Of a stretch of 64,000 nt of DNA, positions 53,558 to 64,000 are shown in pieces. Every line of letters starts with the position of its first letter. Positions within the stretch are counted from its first letter, which is position 1. The stretch comes from Octopus bimaculoides (Eukaryota): assembly GCF_001194135.2 (NCBI RefSeq), contig NC_068982.1, forward strand, positions 121,338,960 through 121,402,959. Reading direction: 5' to 3'. A program made the position numbers and the translations under genes. The notes below the pieces were generated by a model. It ran no database searches. It was not told where the DNA came from and worked only from the letters and a program-made list of their open reading frames with translations.

Positions 53558-55139
53558 TATTGTTTTGAGCTGAGTGGGGGTGCTAGATTCCCTTGTTCAA
53601 AAATCTGACACAGATCGTGTCGTATAGCCAGCTGTAGACAATGTCTCCTGGGGCTAAATTACAGNNNNNNNNNNGTCGTATAGCCAGCTGTAGACAATGT
53701 CTCCTGGGGCTAAATTACAGCAACATTCATCCTAAACCAGGACTGCCATGTTGTGTTGGCAAACAATCTTTACTCCAAAGTACTGCTGTTGAATATCTCT
53801 TGTTGTGAGATTTAAATATAGTAATTTTCTAACTTTCCAGAAGTTTATCATTTAAGTACATATGAGCATGTCTAGACATGCAACTATATGGATGAGAATA
53901 CATACAAAACATACAAATCTGCACATATAAATACATACATACATACATAATACATACATACATACATACATACATACCAAATACCCTGTTGATGATGTTG
54001 AGATTCCGATGAAGAAGCCTTGGATCTAGGTTAGAAACCAGCTCATCCATTGGCTATAAGTCTTGAAATAAAACTGAATAATGACATACATACATGTCCA
54101 TGCATGTATGTATATATGCATGCGTGCATGCATGCATATCAAAATAGTACTAAAACAGCAGTTATTTCTATAAACCCTTGAACATTTCAACAATAATCAC
54201 TCGACCCATCAATCACCAATAATATAGGTACTATATGGTCATTCAGGCCATAAGAGGTAGTAGCTAAATTTCTCTTAAATCCCTAAAATTACACCATATT
54301 GGATATTGTAATCCATATACACCTTGCTTAATTAAAGAAGCTGAGATGGTCATGGTTGGAACATTTGATCATACATCTGCTTCATCAGAGCTGAACCCTC
54401 CTATGACCAAATACTCGATTCTCATATCAACAAACGTTGACTCCTCCTATCACCAAACACAGGAACTAAAACCTAATTTCGAATTGTCTCCCTTGCCATT
54501 GTTTGGTCTAGTGAATCAATGTTTACCAATGTTTACCCCACCTCAGTACATGTGCAATCTCAATTAATTAAAGCAATTATACTCACCACATTAGGTATGT
54601 TAACACTTCATTATATATGTAATTAAAATTATCGTTGCTTTCTTTCCTTTTTCATGTTTTCTCTTTTCTTTCTCTCTCTTTTGTTTTATTGTCTCTCTTT
54701 CTCTCTATTCTTCCCTCTCACTCAGTTTTCTCTATCTTCTCTCTCACTCTCTGCCTCTCCTCTTTCTGCTATCTTCTTTTCTTTTCTTACTCTCTCTTCT
54801 CTCCTTGTCATTCTTCTTACTCTACACCTACTCATCTTTTTCTTCTACACTCCTTAACTGTTGTAGTGGTGGTGGAGGTAGCCTTGGGGCTGTAGTATGG
54901 TGGTGGTAGTGGGTTTCTATGGTAGTGGTTGGTGTTTTTCACTAAAGATAATAGAAGTAGTTGACAGATGCATCATTGTTGGTGATGAGGGTGTGTTCCT
55001 TGCTCTGGGATTCTTTGATGTTGCTCGCTTGTAGTAATGCAGACCTGAAGAAACCACCACCATCATCATTAAATCCATTACTACTACTGCTGCTACTACT
55101 ACTACTACTACTACTATTAATAATAATAATAATAACAAT

Positions 55140-55349
55140 AATAATAATCCTTTCTGCTGCAGGCACAAGGCCTGAAATTTTGGGGGAGGGGGGGGGTCTA
55201 AGTTGATTACATCGACCCCCAGCAGATGAGTGGTACTTAATTTATTGACCCCGAAAAGATGAAAGGCAAAGTTGACTTCAGTGGCATTTGAACTCAGAAC
55301 AGAGCGATGGGCCGAAATGCTGCTAACAATTCTGCCAGCTCACTGCCTC

Positions 55350-55350
<1 letters not shown>
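55140..55350 (-). mobile_element. Family C SINE embedded in (AAT)n
   Basis: Reverse complement of the family C core, with (AAT)n on both sides (about 55120-55148 and 55351-55420). Confidence 0.8.
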
Positions 55351-55423
<73 letters not shown>

Positions 55424-55713
55424 TGATGATGATGAGGAAGATGATGTCTTTTATGTGCCACGAGGTCTCAAAACAATGAGGACACTATAAAAGAATGAAG
55501 TACAACACAGTTGATCAAAAGAAAATGAACAACAATAAAAAATATAGCAAAAAACAAAAATATAACAGAAAATAAGACTAGCAATTTTAAAGGAAAAGGT
55601 TCAGCCAATCACCTGAACCCTGGTGGTTGACTGATAAAAATCAATTGCATGCAAATGAAGTAGTATTAGCTGTTATCTATGTATCATATCTAATATATAT
55701 ATATATATATATA

Positions 55714-56526
55714 TATAATCATAAATATACAGGGATTAGCAGGAGTTGCTTCTCCAACATACTGAGAATTCAGAAATAGCAGTCAAAGAACTACTGATTC
55801 CAAACTACAAATTTTTTCTCTAACGGATGGCGATATTTATGGCACACACAGAACAAAAAACAGAAGAGAAGAGCAAAAACAAACCTGCCTTTAGTTAATT
55901 GGGTACGACGTTTCACGGTTAAAGGTATGAAGTTACCCTATTCCGATCTTCAGCCTCAATATTCNNNNNNNNNNNNNNNNNNNNNNNNNNNNNNNNNNNN
56001 NNNNNNNNNNNNNNNNNNNNNNNNNNNNNNNNNNNNNNNNNNNNNNNNNNNNNNNNNNNNNNNNNNNNNNNNNNNNNNNNNNNNNNNNNNNNNNNNNNNN
56101 NNNNNNNNNNNNNNNNNCCTGCCTCACGTGGTCTTGATGTCGCATGGTCAAAATTCACACGAGTTATTAGAGACTTTCAAATTTATTCGAATATTGAGGC
56201 TGAAGATCGGAATAGGGTAACTTCATACCCTTAACCGTGAAACGTCGTACCCAATTAACTAAAGGCAGGTTTGTTTTTGCTCTTCTCTTCTGTTTTTTGT
56301 TCTGTGTGTGCCATAAATATCGCCATCCGTTAGAGAAAAAATTTGTAGTTTGGAATCAGTAGTTCTCTGACTGCTATTTCTGAATTCTCAGTATGTTGGA
56401 GAAGCAACTCCTGCTAATACCTGTATATTTATGATTATAAATGGTTTTACCGATAAAGGTTTTTCATACCGAGCTACTCGGCAAAATTGTTAACTATTAA
56501 TTTTATTACTAATTGATGATTCTCTG

Positions 56527-56530
<4 letters not shown>
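55714..56530. mobile_element. Young Penelope pLTR-like element with inverted arms, inserted in (TA)n (contains gap 55965-56117)
   Basis: Arms 55714-55964 and 56189-56439 (251 bp, 3 mismatches seen). Each arm has a hammerhead, and (TA)n lies on both outer flanks. Confidence 0.7.
56193..56255 (+). ncRNA. Type I minimal hammerhead ribozyme (antisense twin at 55898-55960)
   Basis: ATTGAGG CTGAAGA T-CGG-aata-GGGTA-acttca-TACCC-ttaa-CCG-T GAAA CGTCG TA CCCAAT. Stem I has a 1-nt bulge, the GUA triplet ends at 56249, and stem III contains ACGT. Confidence 0.8.
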
Positions 56531-56562
<32 letters not shown>

Positions 56563-58054
56563 CATTGGCAGGTTAAATGCTCCAATGTATACTGTGTTTT
56601 TAACATAGCATGTCTATAAAGAATTTTATCTTGGATTAAGACTGCAGTATTTTGCCTGTCAACATTAAGTATGATATATAAATATCTAGATTAATATAAT
56701 GCCGCTTCCATTGCATACACCAGACTTTTATTCTGCCCGACAGCTGTTTGCAATATCAGGGAATGTATTGTTCAGTGAATGTCATTCTTCAATGTATTGT
56801 CACTGTTTTGGTTGTGACAAACTTTGTTTTAGCTTGTGGCAGTGAGTATACATTCCTGACAAGGCCCAAGGAAGCCGTAATGCATCTGACATTCTTGTTA
56901 GCCACTGCCAAGACAATTTTTCGTTGCCTTCCAGTATATATTGTGCTTTTGATACAGTATGTCTATAAGAAAATTTATCTTGGGTGAATGCCACAGTGTT
57001 TTGCCTGGTAATGATGTATATACTTTAAGTATGATACATAGATTGCTACTTGATTGATAGTTTATTTTATCAACTCCCAAAAGGATGAAAGTCAAAATTG
57101 ACCAAGTACTGAGATCAGTACAATCAACTACCCTCTTTCTTTGAATTTCAGGTCATGTGCCTATGATAAAAGTTATTATTATTTCTAACAGAGGGATGGG
57201 TTCACACATTTTGTGGAAAGGGTAAATTTACGTTGACCCCAGTAGGTTAGTTGTTACATGGACACTGAGTCACACATTGGCAGGGGTAAAGCTGGTTGAA
57301 CTAATTCTCATTAGGTTAGTAGTATTTATTTTATTGATCCTAGCGTTACTCATCATCATAATCATAATCATCCATAACATCAGCAAAAGACTGTAATCAT
57401 CACTCTACCATGAATGCCCCCCCTCCCTCCTACCTTTATATGACTAACATCATCATAATACCAATGCACCAAAAGTCATGAGGGGGAGCTTTTATATGGT
57501 CATCTGATCTGCTAGAAATAGTAGCCAAACCTTCCTCAAAGAACACACTGTTGTTTTGAAGGAAGCAAAGAGACATTCAGGAAAGTGGACCTAGATAGCC
57601 CTGGATTATATTTGGAATGGTATTCGCTATAGAGGTATGCTCAATCAGGGTTAATATGGAGTTTGACAACATAACTTTTTACATTCCTCACTATCCCCAT
57701 CAGCATCACATCCACTACCATCAAACTGTCACCACCACCTATACCATCACCAGTTCCACCTATACTGTCATCACCACCACTTATGCCATCATCACCACCA
57801 TATGTATGATCACCAAAAGCTTTTATACCATCACCACCACCATCACTTATACCATCACCACCGTATAGTAAATTACCATCACTGTTAGCCACAAATCATC
57901 ATTAACAATACTGTTCCCATTTACATTAATATTGATTTAATATTAATGTAAATGGCAGTAGTAATACATTGATATTACCTTACTACTGCCACAACTGCCT
58001 CTAAGTCCTGCGATTATCACAATTTAAAGGGTAAAAACCTCTTTTGATCATAAA

Positions 58055-58356
58055 TGACCATGGGATTGCTCCTAGAAAGTTCCCCTCCAAGGCACAAGTC
58101 TGGACAAGGTTGTTTATGAAAGACCAGCAATCACCCATGCATACCAAACTTCCTGCTCCATGGCACGGATGTTATCTAAGGGAAAGGCAAAGGCTGATAC
58201 AGCTTGGCACCAGTAACATCACAACTCATTTCTACAGCTGAATGAACTGGATCAACGTGAAATAAAGTGTCTTGCTCAAGAACACAACACACAACCTGTT
58301 CTGGGAATCAAACTCACTACCTCATGATTGCAAGCCTAACACTCTAACTACTGAGC
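58055..58356 (-). mobile_element. Family D SINE
   Basis: Homologous to 2310-2594. Confidence 0.75.
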
Positions 58357-60161
58357 CTAAAATCATAACCACCAAAGCTACCATCACAACTACCACCACT
58401 ATTGTCACCACTGCCACCTCTGGCATAAACTTCTATCACCATTCTCCAACACTTCTGCCACCATCACCAACTACCACCACAGCCTTTTCCTTCACTATCA
58501 TCATTACTATCAACATCATCATATTGCTACCATCAACTATCATGTTAGATATCATACCGTCACTACATTCTAACACTAACTTTCAGCATCTCACCATCTT
58601 TTTAACCATCATTCAGCCACTAAAATGAACTCTACTAACACCATCCTGTTATCCACTATATGACCACCAGCACATTCTGCTTCTACTATTATTATCTACA
58701 GTATCCTATTAGCCATTATACCCTCACCATTATACTCTACCACCAACACCACTGCCATATACTATTATTGCTATCAATATCATCCAGTTAACCATCATAG
58801 TAACCAATATACTGCTGTGTCTGTGAACTTTGTATTGAAAATGTTAACTTTAACTAGTTAAAACATACATTCAACATTTCTTTGTCAATCTTTAGAAATC
58901 TGCTGAATAACATTTTAACATTGGCAATTTCATAGAAATATTTCTTTGAAATTCTCTTCTTTTATGTCATATGTTTTTTTGTGGGTTAAGAGAAAATATG
59001 TAGTGAAAATATTCTTTACATCTCCATCACTGAAATATTCTTGCTACACTGATAGAATCAGTAGGATTTTAGCCTGTAAATAATGGATTGATGGTTTATA
59101 TCTCATAATTGCCATTGCCCAGTGTCTCTTGGTGACAAGTACAGTAAGAAGGGAGAGTACTGGATAATTGACAGATGTTTGTTCGATTGTAGGACTGGGT
59201 TCAAATCTTTGGATGAGTATAGATGTAGAGACATGATGATTGAACTAATAAAGTATCAGAAGACTTGCTTGTAGGCTGAGAATTTTGTGATATTGCTGTT
59301 ATTTTTACGTTGTTTCCGGGCACATCTCTTTATTTTTTGTTATCCAAATGTAAGAAAAATTCATACTGGATCATTTGGAAATGTTACCTGCAACAGATGT
59401 ATATATTAATCATGGGGAAATCTTAACTCTCATCCATTTAACTCCATGAAACCACAGCTAAATATCGTGCTTTTAAAACTTTTTGAGTTTTTAGAAAAAT
59501 TTATATTTTTTTATGTTTTCTATGAGCAAGTCTTTGAAGAGGGATTGGTTATGCTCAGTTGACTTGCACTGGATACATCATTTAAAGATGAAAGTCTTTA
59601 GTGGTTGAATCTATGAAGCTTGCTACTAAATAGATGGCAGACTTAATTTATTGCCCAAGTTAACATGGCCACCTGGTCTATGGATGCCTTTAGCAGATTT
59701 TGCTTTGTTGCTAGCATTTGGGCCAGATCTTCTGTCTGAGGTAAGTTCTTATCATCAATCAATCCAGACCTCTAGTCCAACTTATTATTATATATTGTTG
59801 TACAGATACTGTGACTCAGCTCATTAAGGTTATACTGACCTCTAGTTCAAAATGATTGTACATAATCATTATACAGACTTTAGTCCAGAAATAGTGCAGT
59901 ACATTGCCATGTTGACATCTGATTCAAATTTACATTAGCATAGTTCAACTTACTTCTTTACATCACAACATAGACCTGTAGTTCAGATTTTTTTTACTAA
60001 CTTATTTCTGAACATTGCTATACAGAACCCCTTCTTCATACTTCTAGTCTAACTTTACTTTGTCATACAAGCCTCTAGTCAGGTGCTTTTACATGACTTT
60101 AACAATAACTTACCCAATAAATTCATATATATATGTCATATATATATATATATATCTATAT

Positions 60162-60887
60162 ATAAAAAACATTGATCAGAGTACAAACATCAAATTTGAG
60201 TCAATGGCTTTATATATAACATCACGCTTCCAAATATTTGATCATATATAAATATTACCATGGTCCTTAAACATATAAAGTATACATACATAAAAGCACA
60301 GAAGGTAAAAAATACATATGCGAACAAAAACACAGATACATAGAACAGCCCATCAAAAAGGTATACACAATCGACCAAAAATTCCAAAGCATGTCATGCG
60401 ACTAACAATTTAAATAAAATAAAATATCAATCGACTAAAAAAATTTTCTTACTCCCCTCAAACAAAAAAAGTATGTCAAAAACGTTCATTTTATAAAAAC
60501 CATGGTAGGTTGGAGTCCAGGAGCAAAAAGAGTTCCACAAAATCAAGTCAAGCACATCTATAGCCATTTCAGGACTTCATTGCTGTGGTTCGATTATGAG
60601 TTAAAGAGCATCTCGGCAATGACCCCTTCATCAGGATGAATAGGAATCTCACAATAAGATTGGAATTTTTGGGCGATTGTGTGTGCCTTCTTAATGGGCC
60701 ATTCTATGTATCTGTGTTTTTGTTTGCATATGTATTTTTTACCTTCTGTGTTTTTTATATATGTATACTTTGTATGTTTAAGGGCCTTGGTAATATTTAT
60801 ATCTGATCAAATGTTTGGAGGCGTGGTGTTATATATAAAGCCGTTGACTCGAATTTGATGTTTGTTCTCTGATCAATGTTTTTTTAT
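60162..60887. mobile_element. Inverted-repeat element (arms about 225 bp, about 90% identical) with a hammerhead in the spacer
   Basis: Arms 60162-60387 and 60660-60887; the left end abuts (TA)n. Confidence 0.7.
60555..60638 (-). ncRNA. Type I hammerhead ribozyme with extended stem II
   Basis: Minus strand reads CATC CTGATGA AGGGG-TCATTGC-(long loop)-GCAATGA-AG-TCCT GAAA TGGCT ATA GATG. Stem I is CATC/GATG; stem III AUGGCUAU is self-complementary with G-U pairs. Confidence 0.75.
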
Positions 60888-60961
60888 CTCTGTCTCAATT
60901 ACATTTGAGCCCTTTTTTTGCAACCCTTTTGTCTCCACAAAAAAAGACAAAAAATATTTCT

Positions 60962-61033
<72 letters not shown>

Positions 61034-61118
61034 TATGTCAGTATGTACGTATAATATTTTTGGTTGACCATTGATATTGTATTTTCTGAATGTCTCTTCT
61101 TTTTTCTCTCATTTCCAG

Positions 61119-61185
61119 CGATTATAGCCGCGTGCAGTGTGGCTGGATTTGTGGGCATCATTGTAGCTGCAGTTTGTTGGTACAA
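61119..61185 (+). CDS. NPDC1: Transmembrane-encoding exon (67 nt, phase 1-2): (A)IIAACSVAGFVGIIVAAVCWY(K/N); resembles the TM segment of neural proliferation differentiation and control protein 1 / CAB-1
   Basis: Acceptor tctcttcttttttctctcatttccag, donor TACAA|gtaagt. The xxCSVAGxxxxxxAxxCW pattern matches my recollection of the NPDC1 family TM (human ..AFCVAGAAALSVASLCWCR). Identification is from memory, not a search. Confidence 0.8.
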
Positions 61186-62859
61186 GTAAGTCAACTTTTA
61201 TTTGTGCCGGAAATTTCTCTCAAATCATTTTTATTTACTTATTTTGTTTTACTTTTTATTTTTTACTTTCTTGTTGACTTTTCTGCTCTTTTACATCCAT
61301 TTTATTTGTGATGTTTGCATCAGAGACATATTCTTTGGCGGGGCAAATGTTGTTTAGCCTCAGATCACCCATGGCCAAGCAGACCTATTATCAAAGTCAT
61401 TCCAGCAGTGATTAATGAACTTCGGGCTACATTCTTTAATCTATCCTTTTTAACATGGTAGAAGGTTTGAGGTATATTTGACTGCTGTGTCTGGCAAATT
61501 GATCAACCACATAGCGGTTCTTTTATTGGAGGAGCTGTTTTTACATTTTGTTACTCTTCCTAATGCTAACTCCTCATTGAGGCAGTTGAAGTGAAACCCA
61601 TTGTATGACAGTTAAGCAAACTGCACTGAATACTGTTATTTCCCTTAATAGAGGTACACATAATGTCTGTAGTTATAGGGTTTAAACTCATGATTATGTG
61701 GTCAGTAATACAGTCCCCTAATGTTACTGGGTCAATATCCTTGGTTCTCTATCAGACTGAGGATTCTTAGAAATTGTTACCTAATAGTTTACTTAGTCCT
61801 CTTGAAATTCTTACAACTTACTAGAAGTTATGAAAAGCATTCTGTCATTGTGATATAGGATATTAATGTTGGTGTGATGCCTGAGAAGTTTGTACAATAA
61901 AACATCATGTGACCTTATTATCTCCACCATTTCCACTAATCCAAAGAGTTGCGCATTATAAGGTGATTTACAAAACCCACAAGTTTCTATCAGAATTTTT
62001 TATTTAAAAAGAATTCTTTAGTCTTTTAATCACCACAGTCTTCAGAGGAAAATCTCCTTTAAAATATTAAGAAGCAAAATGAAACTAAAATCAAAAGTTA
62101 GCAAATTTTAATAATGTAACTTTTTACTTTTTCTTGACCTTTAGTGACCTCTTCATCAATTTCACCCATAATCCCAACGTATCCCATTCTTCTTCTAGAA
62201 CTTACTTTTTATCTACAAACTTTTATTTGCCTCATTAATCCGAACACATCTATTCTCTAAAATAATTCTTTCTTGTTTGTTCTGCCCCTAAAATGACTAA
62301 CCTTGTTTCCATGTATATAGATATTACGTACTTTTCTCTAAAATAATTCTTACTTGTCTACTCTGCTCCTTAAAATGACACCCTTATGTCCGTGGTTGTG
62401 CCCACCCTTTCCCACCCCCACCACCAATACTGGAAATCTCGTTTCTCTTACCAGACATCCAGTTGCCCTTCCCCTCTTTCCTCTTGTATTGGTTATCTCG
62501 CTGCCCTTTCCTTTCTCTCCCCCCATATCTGAATTAACTAAACCAGATAGCAGCCCACTTACCCTCCCCCTCTCTCCTTTCTTTTTTTCACTTTTATATC
62601 TGCAGCATCAGTAATACTTACACTCACAATTCTCATAACACTTATATTTTCAACACCCCAAACACTTTCATATGCAATGTTTCCTACTCTCCACCCCCAG
62701 TAGAGACAACAATTCTAACATGTTTGAATGACTGTAGGTTAAAAGCAAGAAGAACAACTATTATGACGTATGTTACCAAATGATCATGGGAACTATGCTA
62801 TTCAGGTACTGAATAGCATCTCTCCTTCCTATGTTACCTCCCATATCTCTTTCCCAGTT

Positions 62860-64000
62860 TTCAGAGTTGGCACTGTAAATATAGGCACATTGATGATTGA
62901 AAGGTAGGACTAACGAGGTTATAGAGATGCTTGAACAGAGACGTGTTGATGTATGTTGTGTACAAGTGGTAAGGTGAAGAAGAGCTTCAGCCAGAGTCCT
63001 CAAAGGCAAAGCACATAGGTGTAAACTCTTCTGGGAAGGTAATAGTGATGGAATAGTGGGGTGTGGGCATACTTCTTGCAGAGAAATGGGTGAATAAGGT
63101 TATAGAGGTAATGAGGGTATGTGATAGAGTACTTAAACTCAGGCTAATCTTGCAGAATGGTATAGCTACAATTATCTCTGCCTACACCCCACAAGCAGGA
63201 CTACCAAATAACCAGCAGGATCACTTTTGTGATATTCTTCTGCAGGCACCCTCCAAAGACAAGTGACAATGATCTCATCTTTGTGGCTGGAGATTTTAAT
63301 GGGCATATTGGACAGCAACCTGATATCTTGCATGGGGTACATGGGAGCCATGGAGTTGGTACCAGAAATGAAGAAGGAACTAGGCTCCTGGAGTTCTGCG
63401 ATGCAAATAACCTATTGATCTGCAACACCAACTTCAGGAAGCCAGCTAGCTACCTGATAACCTATCAATCAGGTGACTCTGCTAGCCAGATTGATTTCAC
63501 TCTCACCAGACAGCAGGATGCATGGTTGCTCTTAAAAACAAAGACCCTCTCTGGTGAAGAATGTATCCTCCCCCACCAGCATAGACTAGTTATTAGTGAC
63601 TTTAGACTCGAGGCCAGAAAGATGCTAAAAAGCAGACCAATCTGGGAAAGAAGGGCTTGGAAGCTTAATAATCCTTGACATGGTCAGAGATTTAAGGATA
63701 TCCTTACCGAGACATTTGATGATAAGGAAGAGGAGCTACAGTCCTGTGACATAGAAAGCACCTGGGAATTCCTGCGAGACAGCTTGCTGAGTGCCACAGA
63801 CCAAATCTGTGGCTGGTGCAAAGTCCCTTCCAGACCTAGGGTAACATGGTGGTGGAATAATACTGTAGATAAGGCCATTATAGGAAAGAAACAAGACTGG
63901 AAGGCCTGAAAGAGTGGTGGTAGCAGGAGAATGTATCAGATAACCAAAAGGGAAGCTAGGAGACAGGTATATATAGCCAAAGAAGTAGCAGAAAAGAAGT
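62860..64000 (+). mobile_element. RTE-clade LINE, decayed apurinic endonuclease region (continues beyond the window)
   Basis: RVGTVNIGTL, GILLAEKW, IISAYTPQ, IFVAGDFNGHIG, RNEEGTRLLEFC, ITYQSG..SQIDF and QHRLVISDF, with frameshifts. Confidence 0.9.

Larger units (their letters stand above)
53113..53830. mobile_element. Retrozyme/pLTR-like element: 354-bp monomer family in head-to-head arrangement with 12-bp TSD
   Basis: aaagat(c/t)gtttgccaacat recurs at 53115 and 53469 (354 bp apart). An inverted copy spans about 53497-53830. Direct repeat AACTTTCCAGAA at 53101-53112 and 53831-53842. Confidence 0.7.

Noticed and set aside
53619-53720. 46-bp direct duplication across the 10-N gap
   Set aside because: An identical sequence on both sides of a nominal gap is a typical unmerged contig overlap.

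Overview
AT-rich animal genomic DNA, dense in microsatellites, with seven N-gaps. The repeat families look cephalopod, probably Octopus (inferred from the repeat landscape, not verified). One protein-coding gene is supported, on the + strand. It has three frame-compatible internal exons (31798-31857, 47946-48470, 61119-61185) that splice into a hydrophilic luminal region followed by DIYFIAIIAACSVAGFVGIIVAAVCWY(K/N), a juxtamembrane/TM signature resembling NPDC1/CAB-1. The first and last exons were not found in the window. The rest is intronic or intergenic transposon debris: a truncated R4/Dong-type LINE interrupted by a Helentron-associated (HINE-like) element, RTE LINE fragments, at least four tRNA-head SINE families, a piggyBac-like MITE and a DINE-1/HINE-like element. 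The most unusual signal is a set of at least four unrelated minimal type I hammerhead ribozyme motifs with self-complementary stem III inside the gene's introns. Each sits in an inverted-repeat, Penelope pLTR/retrozyme-like structure, and three of these lie next to (TA)n. One has a measurable 354-bp monomer and a 12-bp target-site duplication. No CRISPR, rRNA or true tRNA genes are supported. Nearly all ORFs in the supplied track are microsatellite or gap artefacts.
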